From NCBI GenBank assembly GCA_964016885.1, contig OZ024741.1:336722001-336786000 (forward strand): a stretch of 64,000 nt of DNA, given 5' to 3'. Shown piece after piece: positions 1-13,185 of the stretch (position 1 is its first letter; each line of letters opens with the position of its first letter). The notes beneath the pieces are model-generated. The model was given only the letters and a program-made list of their open reading frames with translations, did no database searches and was not told where the DNA came from. The DNA is from Eledone cirrhosa (taxonomy: Eukaryota). The position numbers and the translations under genes are program-made.

Positions 1-1590
1 CTTCCAAAGGAATTGGAAGAGTGCGCGCCCCATTTTGGTGAGCGTTTCCCTTGGGCAAGGCACAACGGTCAGGCGGTAGTAGATGACGGACGCTATATAA
101 GTGTTCGCACCTCCTCCCGACCTTTCAGGGACAGTTTGCACTTGGCCCATTTCTGGGTCAGTGCAAACACCCTGTTCGTTACCTCACCCCAGTTCTTCTC
201 CACCTGGAGGTCTGGTCCGAACCAGACCCCGAGCAACTTCACCGGGCCCTCCGTCCAGCGGCCGACGACGCCATTGGAGGGCATTGATCTGCCCTCCACG
301 TGCCGAGTTGCAGACCGATTGACTTTCCCGGTTCAGCTTAGTCCCTGTAAACCTTTCGTTCTCCAGTAAGGTGCCGATCGCCCCGATTTCCGAGGCCGTC
401 GACACCATTACTGTTACGTCATCAGCGTAGGCCGACACCACTTTCCACAACCCCGGTTCCAACGGGATGCCCTGCAACAACTCCAACTTCCGCAGCAGTG
501 GCTCTAGAGTCATTACATACAGAAGGGAGGAGAGAGGGCACCCTTGTCGGATGGACCGCGCGATTTCGAACGGCTCCGAGAGGTAGCCGTTCACCTTGAC
601 CTTAGAGCAGAGGCGGCTGCTGTGCATGGCATTGATCCAGCCCCTGAAAACGGGTCCGAAGCCTGCCACCTCTAGCACCGCATCCAGGTAACCATGGTCG
701 ACCATATCGAACGCTTTAGATTGATCCAAGTTGATCAGGGCCCCACCAAAGCCGGGTTCATTCCCAACCCTCTCTATGATGTATCGCATGAGGTGGAGGT
801 TGTCGTGGATGGACCTGGATGGGATAGCAAATGTCTGCGCATCTCCCACCAGGTTGCCCACGACAAACGCCAACCTCTTTGCTAGCACCTTGGCGAAAAT
901 CTGTAACTCTGTATTTAGCAGAGTTATGGGCCTGAAATTATTTATATCGTCCCCCTTGTTCTCATCCTTCCTCACTACCATGATACGCCCTTGGTCACAG
1001 CACAGGGAATTCTCCCGTTCTGTTGCCAGTTACAGAAGACCGCTTCGAGGAGATCGGGGAACAAGTCCAGCATAGCTAGAGATAGTTCGTATGGAAGACC
1101 ATCAAGAGCCGGGGATTTGCGTTTACTGCATTGGCTCAGCACGTCCTCTATCTCAGCGGCTGAAATCGGCTCCTCGCAGGACTTCGCCTCCCTGTCCGAG
1201 AGACACAGCAGGCCGTCGAGGTATGGACCGAAGTCGACATCCCCAACCGGCTCCCCACCCCTTCCGCACATCTGCTTAGGTTCAAGGATCACCCGTCCAT
1301 CCTGGTCTCGCAAAGACCGGATAGTGGATCTACTCCCTCTTTTGGCATCTGTCACGCGGGCCCAGCTAACAGCTTTGGTCCCCTCATTTCCCAGAGCATG
1401 TATTTTGCTTCGGACGATGCAGCCTTCGTGTTTCGCGTCGAAGAACTGGCCCAAGGCCGTTCTCGACGCTAGCACTCTGGCCATGTTGCCACTTCTAATT
1501 GCCTCTTCTACACTATCTACCAACTCCCTTTCCTTCCTATTTCTATTTGAGGCTAACTCCTTACTAAATTCTATAGAGACTACTCTATAG
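1..1590 (-). mobile_element. Tx1/L1-clade non-LTR retrotransposon ORF2 fragment (reverse transcriptase), frameshifted, 5'-truncated, runs off the window start
   Basis: Consecutive frameshifted ORFs 975-1523, 184-981 and 93-299 contain KSPALDGLPYE, NFRPITLLN, LDQSKAFDMVDH, SIRQGCPLS, SAYADDVTV and VKLLGVWF...LSLKGR, which are typical L1/Tx1 RT motifs. Confidence 0.88.
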
Positions 1591-1637
1591 AATTTAGTAA
1601 GGTCATACTTTTTCCTATATATTTATATATAAATATA

Positions 1638-1833
1638 TAGGAAAAAGTATGACCCCGACGGCAGAGCTCAAGCCGTTTCGACGGCTTTTTCTGCGTCCAG
1701 AAATAGCCGTCGAAACGGCTTGAGCTCTGCCGTCGGGGTCATACTTTTTCCTATTTCCCACTCTACTACCCTAAGTATTAAGTACTCTGGTGCGTTATGG
1801 TCCATCTGGTACCTTACCACAATTCCTTTGTTA
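1638..1833 (+). mobile_element. Short fold-back element family A (palindrome containing the 3' half of a hammerhead, plus an ~80-nt tail)
   Basis: taggaaaaagtatgaccccgacggcagagctcaagccgtttcgacggc is inverted at ~1700-1753; (TA)n flanks; homologous copies at 6966, 23168, 29319 and 62146. Confidence 0.75.
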
Positions 1834-1850
1834 TGTAAATATATATATAT

Positions 1851-2320
1851 ATGATGCCTGTGTGAGGTGCGCGATGCTGCATGGTAGTCAGACATGGGCA
1901 GCAACTGCAGAGGATATGCGACGGCTGGAGAGAAATGAGGCAAGCATGCTCCATTGGATGGTCAAGGTCAATGTGCATGAACGGTTGAGCATGGATGTGT
2001 TGAGAGAGAAACTGTGTCTGAAAAGGATAAGTTGTTGTGTACGGGAGAGGAGACTGCAATGGCATGGACATGTGATGCACATGAAGGATGACTGATGGCT
2101 GAAGAAGTGCCAAGAAATGCCAGTTGAAGGAAGACGTAGTAGAGGAAGACCACGAAAAACATGGGCGGAGGTGGTGAGAGCAGACCTCAGATCGCTGAAG
2201 CCCACGGTGGAAATGACCGAGGACCGTGACAAGTGGAGAGATGCTGTGCTGAATAGGACCCGTCCCACCCTTGCAAGCAGGGAAAAGTGGACGGAAAATG
2301 ATGATGATGATGATGATGAT
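1851..2320 (+). mobile_element. RTE-clade LINE 3' fragment (lineage 1) with (GAT)n tail
   Basis: YDACVR..MLHGS.TWA, RRLQWHGHVMHM and GRPRKTWAEVV motifs; ends ccttgcaagcagggaaaag..(gat)n. Confidence 0.88.
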
Positions 2321-2353
2321 ATTCTATATATACTTATATAAGTTATATATATG

Positions 2354-2418
<65 letters not shown>

Positions 2419-2575
2419 AGTTTATCCCGGGTTCAATGGGGATTAACCACAATAAGTAATGTACACAATACAAAGCTGGTTATAAATATTTAATATAGAA
2501 AGGCTTCTACAGGACTAGAACTGTTTCATTCATGAGTTGTCCTGTAGAAGCTTTTCTATATTAAATATATATATA

Positions 2576-2906
2576 TCATCATCATCATCATTTTACGTCA
2601 GCTTTTCCCTGCTTGCAAGGGTGGGACGGAAATTGATGATGGCTTGATTTCTACAGCTGGATGCCCTTCCTAACACCAACCTCATTTACAGTGAGTGCTG
2701 GGTGTTTTTTTGCTGTGGCACCTCCACGACCACTTTGCAGTGGAATGATATGGACCCCAGTTCCTATCATCTCATTTCTACAGCTGAGTAAACTGGAGCA
2801 ATGTGAAATAAAGTGTCTTGCTCAAGGAAACAACACATCACCCGGTCTGAGAATTGAACTCACAACCTTTCGATTGCAAGGCCAATGCTCTAACCACTAA
2901 GCCATG
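2576..2906 (-). mobile_element. tRNA-derived CORE-domain SINE with RTE-derived 3' tail
   Basis: Minus strand has A box TGGCTTAGTGG, B box GTTCAATTC, CORE-like ccttgagcaagacacttt...cagtttactcagctgtagaaatg, and a (GAT)n tail. Confidence 0.82.
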
Positions 2907-3128
2907 TTCCAATTGAGTTCTAGCACGTGGCCTGAATTCCTTTTAGAATTCATTGTCCTGCGCATGTATTGTTTTTTTTGGCGGTAATATACTTCCTCAT
3001 TTTTGAATCAGTTTGAGTATTTCTTTAGAACTGCTGGAGTAGCAACCTAACAGATACCTCAGGCACTGATGGTGATTATCGCTAAATATTGATGTTGGTT
3101 AGATTATCAATATTAGTATTATTGGGCA

Positions 3129-3255
3129 CCCACTGATGAATTATAAGAACCCACTTGAATATATATCTGATGATCTTATACAAGCTCCTACATAAATTGG
3201 TATAATTTCACCCAAATTGTAGGAATCTTATAATGAAACGAGACGTCCGTCTGGG
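3129..3255 (+). ncRNA. Type I hammerhead ribozyme with long, branched stem II
   Basis: Stem I CCCA/UGGG; CUGAUGA 3133-3139; stem II AUUAUAAGA/UCUUAUAAU; GAAA 3235-3238; stem III ACG/CGU with loop AGACGUC; GUC cleavage triplet at 3249-3251. Confidence 0.72.
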
Positions 3256-3449
3256 AAGAGATATATTCGATATGTCTCATATGAAATAATACAGCCAATT
3301 TTCCACACAATACATTTAGTTAGCACCCCGAGCGTTTAATTAGGAATATACTCACTTATTCCCTAATGTTTGTTGAGTACGTTGGAATTTGGCCGGAGTA
3401 TCGCAAAAAAGCTTTCTCTGATAATGTATTTATATATATATATATATAT

Positions 3450-3895
3450 TTATTAAAATAACAGATTAAAGTTTAAGCAAAGAATCGCTGCTTTCACCCT
3501 TAACGGGATCTTCTGAAACTAACAAAGTCAATCTGTAAACGCAGAAGTGGATATTTCAAAAAACGTTGCAACCGGAGGAAGACAGGAAGACGATACTTTG
3601 GTTCGTGGAAACGTTCGCTGGCAAAGAACGGGAAAAAATGAATATAATACGTCATTAATAGGAGCGGTGAAAAACAATTACACGCAAAGACAGAACTACG
3701 TTTATGGTATAGAAGAGGTCGTAGACTAATGTTCTCTTAGGTGGTTCATAGAGACGTTCTCTGGCAATGAACGAAAAAATCGAAGATAATACGTCATATG
3801 TGGAGCGTGGAGAACAATATATTTGATATATATTTATCCTTATCGAGGCCTCTTTGGATTTTAGTCTTCAAATTTATTATTATTACTATTATTAT

Positions 3896-3900
<5 letters not shown>
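3450..3900. mobile_element. Short element family B (hammerhead-like fold with CAGAAGA core on the minus strand at 3470-3520; tail in the opposite orientation)
   Basis: Homologous to 27830-28145 and 32220-32955; bounded by (TA)n on both sides. Confidence 0.65.
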
Positions 3901-3989
<89 letters not shown>

Positions 3990-4128
3990 GTATATATATA
4001 TATGTATATGTATATATATATATACATATATGTATATATATGTATATATATATATATATGTATATATATATGTATGTATATATATATATATATATATAGG
4101 TATATATATATATATGTATATATATAGG

Positions 4129-4160
<32 letters not shown>

Positions 4161-4214
4161 TATATAGGTATATATATATATATGTATATATATATGTATA
4201 TATATATGTATATT

Positions 4215-4251
<37 letters not shown>

Positions 4252-4264
4252 GTATATATATATG

Positions 4265-4322
<58 letters not shown>
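3900..4322. repeat. Long (TA)n/(TATG) microsatellite, representative of dozens in the window
   Basis: Direct reading; it explains the YIYIYI ORFs. Confidence 0.95.
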
Positions 4323-4323
<1 letters not shown>

Positions 4324-4619
4324 TCTTTTACCTGCTCCATCCAACCGGTTGATATGTTTTATATATATATATATAATGTGTATATACATGCATAGATATA
4401 TATATACAGAGAAAGTGAGAGAGATAAATAAATATATTGATCAAACAAATACCTTGCAAGAGTGCAGGTGGGACGAGAAGCCACATGCAAGGTGTGTAGT
4501 TGGTGCGTAAAGGGAATAAATTGCACTTGTCGAGGAAGACCAACTATATTATAGATATAGGGTACAATGGGGTAGAGCGTAGAGGAGGAGGAGAAGAACA
4601 CAAGAGCAATAAATAGAGA

Positions 4620-4651
<32 letters not shown>

Positions 4652-4760
4652 TGCCCCCTCGTTATCGAGTATGGCCATTGCACAAGGAGAAAAAATATAT
4701 ATATATATATTAATAAATAAATAAAAAATAAAATAAAAAAAAAAAAGAAACATATATATA

Positions 4761-5226
4761 TCATCATCATCATCATCATCAACGTTTAACGTCCGTGTTC
4801 CACGCTTGCATGGGTTTGAACGGGGGTAGTCCCACTTGAGGCAAGAGTGATTGTCTTGCTCGCATAGGACTGTCTGGCAGGTTTTCTACAGTTGGATGCC
4901 CTTCCTAACACCAACCACATTTACAGTGTGGGTCTGGGAGGTTTTTACCGTGTTGCCTACACGGCCACATTACAGCGTGGACTGTGTGTTTTTTTGTCGT
5001 GACACCTACACGATCTCATTTGTTTCGGCCTGGATGGCGCGGCACCAACATAACTTTACATAGAACGGGGGGGGGGGTGTGGATGGGGGGGGGGGGGGGG
5101 GGTGGCGGGGGGGGTTGTATTTTGTTAGAGATGCCTACTGGCAAGGCGGGTCTTTTCTGTTACTGAGTACCGCCAAAGGTCTCGGTCCAGTGACATTGTC
5201 TTGGAGAGGTGTAAGTGTGTGAGGTC
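4761..5226 (-). mobile_element. RTE LINE 3' end and 3'UTR (lineage 3)
   Basis: WDELINSDLTHLHLSKTMSLDRDLWRY C-terminus and (GAT)n tail; homologous to 27345-27812 and 42908-43400. Confidence 0.8.
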
Positions 5227-5244
5227 GGAGTTTATCAGCTCATC

Positions 5245-5284
<40 letters not shown>

Positions 5285-5530
5285 ATATACATATATACAC
5301 AGATATATATATACACACACACATACATTAATAATAATAATAATAACAACAATAATAATAATAATGACAACAACAACAATAATAATATACATATATATAT
5401 ACACACACACGCACACACATAAACATATCCATACACACACACACACACGATAGCAACTAACAGCGCTGCGATCTAATGTGGCTTTTTAGCCCAGCCAATG
5501 TGTGTATATATGTGCGTGGGTGTGTGTGTC

Positions 5531-5574
<44 letters not shown>

Positions 5575-5659
5575 CACACATACATATAATGTATATATAT
5601 ACATATAATATATACATTATATGTATGTGTGTGTATATATGTGTGTGGGTGTGTGTGTG

Positions 5660-5697
<38 letters not shown>

Positions 5698-5778
5698 CAC
5701 ACACACACCCACACACATATATACACACACATACATATAATGTATATATTATATGTATATATACATACATATATATAT

Positions 5779-5820
<42 letters not shown>

Positions 5821-5839
5821 GTGTATATATATATATATA

Positions 5840-6048
5840 TCATCATCATCATCATCATTTCATTTTACATCCGCTTTTTCCCTGTCCCTATCATCTCATT
5901 TCTACAGCTGAGTAAACTGGAGCAATGTGAAATAAAGTGAAATAAAGTGTCTTGCTCAAGGAAACAACACATCACCCGGTCTGAGAATTGAACTCACAAT
6001 CTTTCGATTGCAAAGCCAATGCTCTAACCACTAAGCCATGTGCCTCCA
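5840..6048 (-). mobile_element. CORE-SINE copy, internally deleted
   Basis: Same head, CORE and tail as 2576-2906. Confidence 0.75.
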
Positions 6049-6161
6049 TAAAAGTGTTATGTCAGAAGTGGGAAATATATATATATATATATATATACAT
6101 GTATATATACACATATATATATATATATATACACATATATGTGTATATATATATAGACACA

Positions 6162-6199
<38 letters not shown>

Positions 6200-6209
6200 T
6201 GTGTAAGTG

Positions 6210-6244
<35 letters not shown>

Positions 6245-6965
6245 TAATATAATCAATGTATGTTATTTATGTATAAAGAAAAGTCAACAACTTGTGATAT
6301 TGAACTGTTAACTTTTTGTAATTCCATTGTTCATGAAATTGACCTGCAAGTGGCTGAGCATTCCACAGACAAGTGTACCCTTGACATAGTTCACAGGAGG
6401 ATTCAGCATGACAGAGGTTGCATATCACAATGCTGGACCTTTGAGAGGATTGAAGCAACATGAAATAAAGTTTCTTGCTCAAGGACATGATGTGTTGCTG
6501 AAAACTAAACTCCTAACCATTCAACTCATACAGACACACATAGACACAGACATATACAGACACAAGCAGAGACATACATACACATACACAGAGACTGACT
6601 CATAGACACACACACACATACACACACACATACAGATTCACATACTGACTCACGCATAGACACACACATACACACACAGTAACACACAGGCACACATACA
6701 CAGACACACAGGCACACACATAGACAAACACAGACAGATACACACACATTTACATAGACATACTTACACATAGATATATACTTAGAAACATATTTTGTAG
6801 TGCAGGGAATTACCTTAGCATTACAATTAATAATTACATTGTAAACCTGTATTGAGTTCTTTATACTATTGTTTGTAAATTGAAATGTAGAGATATTTGT
6901 ATATATGTATGGCTGGATGGATGGATGTATAAATATATATAAATATATATATATATATGTACATA

Positions 6966-7336
6966 TAGGAAAATGTTTGACCCCGATGGCAGAGCTCAAG
7001 CCATTTCTACGGCTACTTCTGGACCAGAATAGCTATTTCTGGTTCAGAAATAGCTGTCGAAATGGCTTGAGCTCTGCCGTCGGGGTCAAACATTTTCCTA
7101 TTACCCACTCTACTACCCTAAGTATTGAGTACTCTGGTGCGTTATAGTCCATCTGGTTCCTTACCACACCTCCTTCGTTATATATATATATATGTATATG
7201 TGTGTGTATAACAAAGAAGATCTGGTAAGAAACCAGGTGGACCATAACGCACCAGAGTACTTGATACTTAGGGTAGTAGAGTGGGAATTAGCTGTCAAAA
7301 CAGTCTGAGCTCAGCTATCGGGGTCCTGATTCTTCT

Positions 7337-7340
<4 letters not shown>
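6966..7340. mobile_element. Fold-back element family A plus a second, inverted partial copy (7210-7340)
   Basis: Homology to 1638-1833; palindrome at 6966-7100. Confidence 0.72.
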
Positions 7341-7378
<38 letters not shown>

Positions 7379-7458
7379 AACACATATATACACATGCGTG
7401 TATGACATATATAGATAGATAAATTTAGATATATACACACACAGATATATGTATATAC

Positions 7459-7489
<31 letters not shown>

Positions 7490-9049
7490 TACATATATGT
7501 ATATATATATGTGTGTGTGTGTACATATATATATATATATATATATTCATACACACAGACACACACTCGCACACAAACACACACACACTCATGTTTGTCC
7601 TTAACCTGATATGTGTGAATATCACCTCCCATGAAGCTCTTATAATTTGACAGTGTGAAATAATATGACAAATAAGAACTATAATATGGAATCACTAAGA
7701 TAGAAGGTAAAAAAAGAACAAAACAAATAAATGTAATTGCTTTTCATTATTATCAGTTATTGATCTTAGTGATTGATTTTTTTGTGTTTTGTTATGTTCT
7801 TTGTATCTTAACCGTGGCATTTCCATTGATTATTATTATTGTGGAATTTGATATCTTTCTGTTTTTACTTTTTTCTAGGGTTTGGGGTTAGATTGGGCAA
7901 AAAGGGAACAGGGTGTTCGTGTCATATTCCCTAATTGTGATGAACCAAGCTACATTTATATAAATAATAAAAACGAAATCAGAAAAATGTGGAGTAGGAT
8001 GGGTGGGGTTCAAATGAGTTCAGCTTGGGTGGGGAAATGATGTAGAAGAGAGGAGTGGTGATGGGAGTGGAGTGTTTTGGGAATAAGAAAAGTTGAAGTG
8101 AAAATGTATATCCTCTCAGAAGTGTTCATTATGTGTGGATTCTGCAATATGTAAAAAAGATAGCACACAATAAATTTATATATATGTGTGTCTGTGTGTG
8201 CGTATATATATATACACACACACATACACACATATATATATATATATATGTATATATATATTATATATATTCATATATGAAATACATTCATATATATATA
8301 TATATGTAAAGATATATTTGTATATATTCATATATGAAATACATACATATATATGTGTGCATATATATATATGACATTTGTTTAATGACACACGCACTCT
8401 CACACACACACACACACATGTTTATATACACACTCGCACATACACACTCATACTCTCTAAAACCAAATTCCTAAGATAGAATTTCTTTTGACAATCCAAA
8501 TTGCCTCTCTCATTTACCTCTCTTCCCTATAGCTTACATTTCTCCCCTTAGCCACCTTCATCCAAACTCTTGACCAATCCTTTAACACAATTGAGACTAT
8601 TCCTACAAATAATTTTGTTCTGTGAAAAAACACAACTACCAACACTACTTCTACTACTATTGCTATGACTACCTCTCTATATATAAGGCTCCATTTTAGA
8701 CCCAGTCTTCACAACAAGAGGAACAGACCTTTCCAACGTTTAATTTAAAATTAAAAATTTTTTATTCTTTTTAATTCTTTTTAATTCTTTTTAATTCTTT
8801 TTAATTCTTTTTAATTGTAATAATCAACATTTGGTAAGATGGTTCACACTGATACATCGAAACCGGTTATATTTTATATACATTATAAAACTCCTTTTTT
8901 TTTAAAGAATTGTTCTTCTCATTTTTTCAATAATGTCACTTTGATGAATCAAAGAAGAAAAAAAGAAAGACAGACCCTTAAGTATATTTTCCGTGGTATT
9001 TTCAATTCACCTTTTCTCACTCTTCTCTCTCTCTATATATATATATACA

Positions 9050-9142
<93 letters not shown>

Positions 9143-9157
9143 GACATATATATATTT

Positions 9158-9197
<40 letters not shown>

Positions 9198-9673
9198 TTA
9201 TAATATATATATATATATATATATTTATGATATATATATATACTGTATATATAACTAAAAGTTTATATGGTTCGTTGATTATTCAACGAAATCAATTTTA
9301 CAATAGATTAGAAGCACTCGACAGAAATTTATCTGGAGTATCTATAATATTCAAAATATTAATAAATGAGAAATATCATCATAACCAAAGTATATATTTC
9401 ATTATACATATTTCTAAGGTACAATGGTGTTTCATAATAATTCATTGTGTACTGGATGATATATATGTCATTGTTATGGTAGAGATGAAAATAATAAAAA
9501 CATGCTCTTTGCTTTTTTTATATGTCATGTAATATGGGTGTTTTCATGTGTCTCTAATTATATTGTATGAGAAGAGGCAATGTCAGTTTGAAATAGTTTG
9601 AAGATATCACATGTTGATCTTCACAAAATTTAGCTTTTGATATTTCTAAAAAATAATCAGCCCCCCCCCCCCC

Positions 9674-9704
<31 letters not shown>

Positions 9705-10252
9705 ACACACTTTTTTTTTTTTTTTTTTTTTTGCTGAGCTGTGGTGTCCATCCCATAATTAACATATAGTAAGGTGTTGGAATAGAATTATCTAACTTTC
9801 TTATGTTTTTTATTTATTATATTTATTTATTTATTATTATTATTATTGTTTGTTTTTGTTTACGTTTTTATTATTATTTTTATTTTTTGGGTTTTCTTCT
9901 TTCTGACTCTTGTGCACTCCCAATCCCAGCCCCCACTACCTTATACTCCTTCTACTGCCCCCTGCTGGACCAGCATGTCATTGGTTGCAGCAGACTTTCT
10001 CTATACAACAACCCCACTTGATGTAGGACTGCAGACACACTCACACACACACTCTCACTCATTCACACACAGTCATATGCACACACACACACACACACTT
10101 ACACACACACACACCACTGTCTATCTATATATCTATCTATCTCCCACATACACACACATATATATATATACATAGGTATATCCATCAACCATCCACTCAC
10201 TCACTTTAGCACAGTCATACATACACACACAGACACACACAACACTCTGTCT

Positions 10253-10372
<120 letters not shown>

Positions 10373-10443
10373 CACAAACATCCATCCAGCCTCTCACTCA
10401 CACTCTTTCTCTCATACACACTACTCTCTGTCTATCTATCTAT

Positions 10444-10501
<58 letters not shown>

Positions 10502-10985
10502 GGTACATACATCCAACCATCCATTCATCCACTCACACATTAACACAACAATACAGACCAAACTACCTAATACTGGCAACACACACAACAGCAGCAGTAA
10601 CTGTACAACTCAGACAGCAGACTACACACCTCACAGACAGGAGAAAAGGATTTACCACTCTCTGTAAGTAGACTTTTCTTATTCCTTTTCTTTTTTCCCT
10701 CTATCAATTTCCATGGATTTCTCTTAAATAAGTCACCCCACTGAATGACAAGATACCATCACATATATACCTGCATATATATCTCTGTATATATGTATAT
10801 ATAGATAGATAGATCTCCCTCTCTGTCATTCATCTCTGTTGTAAAGAAACAAACAAATTATTGAAGAGATCCGTGTGTCCACACAATGAGAGATGAATGC
10901 AAGTGAGACTGGCAAGAAGGGAAAGAGAGAAGAAACAAGAGAATGAGTGACAGCTAGAGAAGTCACAGTAGAATGCTATATATAT

Positions 10986-11062
<77 letters not shown>

Positions 11063-11972
11063 AATATATATATATACATAAATATATATATACATAAATA
11101 TATATATACATAAATATATGTGTGTGTATGTGAGAGAGAGAGTGTGTGTGTGTGTGTGTGTGTTGAGATGCAATCATTAAAAACAACAATAACAACAGCA
11201 ACACAACAGCCACAGCAGCAGCAGCAGCACAAAAACACAAGTGTGACATAGGACAGAAGAAGGATCATTTGTGAAATTTTTATCATTTGAAACCAAATAC
11301 TGAATTATTTACATCCAGGAAAAAGGGGGAAAATGGTGTAAGATATTTAGTGTGGAGTGGCTAATATTGCAGGTTAGTAAAACTGTGTGGAGTGTGAATC
11401 AGGGAGACTATCTTCTGTCTAATGTCCAATGATAACTGCCATTTCAAGGCAATATCAGGTGTGTTTCATTGATGGGTTTGCATCTCAACTAATTCATTTT
11501 TACTTTTTCACTCTAAACACTTTTGTTGTGTTTCTTTCTCTCTATATATATTGATTAATCCTAGTTTTTTTTTTAGATTAGCCCTTGTATATCTATATCT
11601 TATCTAATTTCATGTCATTTTATTTCGTTTCATTCACTCATTCAGCTTCCCTGTAAAAAGGTAGAGAGAAAAGAGCTAATGGATTTTATCCACTAAGGTT
11701 GTGTGTGTGTGTGTATGTTTTTCCTTCACCTTCATCATCTCCAGCTTCTCTCCCTCTTTCTCTCTCTTCCCCTAATTTAAATAACTCTACAACCATGACC
11801 TACGTTGTTGGTGATTTCAATTAAATTTTAATTATTTTCTTGCTGCCTTGTTTGTAGATTTTAACGATATGTACTGTAAATTAATTTGTTTTGCTCTTCT
11901 CCGTCCCTTATTATAAATTACAAGTAGTATCTATAAAATGGATTGACTTGCTTCACCTGTTTCTCACTCCTC

Positions 11973-12026
<54 letters not shown>

Positions 12027-12387
12027 TTTCTTTCTCCTCTTTTCCTCACACTTTTCTTTTTTTTCTTAGATTCTTCTATATGACTTTAGTTTTCTTTATT
12101 CTTCTTTATTAAACATTTTGTTTTGTTTTGTTTTTCATATTGAAATTTGTTGTTCTTTTCTTTTATTTTGATTTAATATTTAAATATTTGGCCAATGTTT
12201 GGCCATTCTTAGATGTGATATATATACCATCATCATCATCATGTTTATATATATATATATGTATATGTTTATATATATATATATATATATATGTATATAC
12301 ATGTATATATATATATGTGTGTATATGTATAAACATATACATATATAAACATATATATATACATACATATATATATATGTGTGTGTG

Positions 12388-12436
<49 letters not shown>

Positions 12437-12981
12437 ATATATATAAATACATATATATATAAATATGTATATATATAATACATATATAGATATAGATATG
12501 TATAGGTATAGATATACATATATCTATATATCTATATATACATAGATATATATCTATATATACATAGATATCTATCTATATATACATAGATATATATCTC
12601 TATATATGTATATATGTATGTATATCTATCTATGTATATAAATGTATATCTATACCTATATATATACCTATATCTATATATGTATTTATATATATACATA
12701 TACATATATATATATATGTATATAAATATGTATATATATAAATACATATATAGATTTAGATATATATAGGTATATATATACATATATATACATAGATAGA
12801 TATACATACATATATACATATATAGATATATATATATATATAGATATAAATAAAGAGATAGATACATACATACATGCATTGTTCTGAAACATTACATTCA
12901 GATATATTTTTGAATCTGTTAAATTAATACACTAAATTGATTAATTAACTTGTCTGTCATTGAATATCCATAGCCTTAGCA

Positions 12982-12989
<8 letters not shown>

Positions 12990-13012
<23 letters not shown>

Positions 13013-13185
13013 TTCTTTATTGGTCACAAGGGCCGACATGTAGGGGACAATACAAATACAGGGACAGTTGGGGGGGGGGGGGGGTTACAATAATCCCATT
13101 AAAATTATTCCATAAACAAAAATCCAAAATCCAGAAAGAATTTCCAAATCACAATTCGGAAAAAGAACAAAAAAAAACCCCTGTA
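12990..13185 (-). mobile_element. LINE-type 3' terminus with AATAAA and (ATT)n tail
   Basis: Minus strand ends ...ggcccttgtgaccaataaagaaattattattatt. Confidence 0.5.

Noticed and set aside
3794-4510. Many [12 protein letters not shown] and HTHTHT ORFs here and across the window
   Set aside because: Translations of (TA)n, (TG)n and (CA)n microsatellites; no coding signal
4665-4692. U6 snRNA-like stretch (atggccattgcacaagga)
   Set aside because: Match too short, and the rest of U6 is absent
8838-8875. gatg..catc-GAAACCGGTT half-hammerhead
   Set aside because: No CUGANGA or stem I upstream
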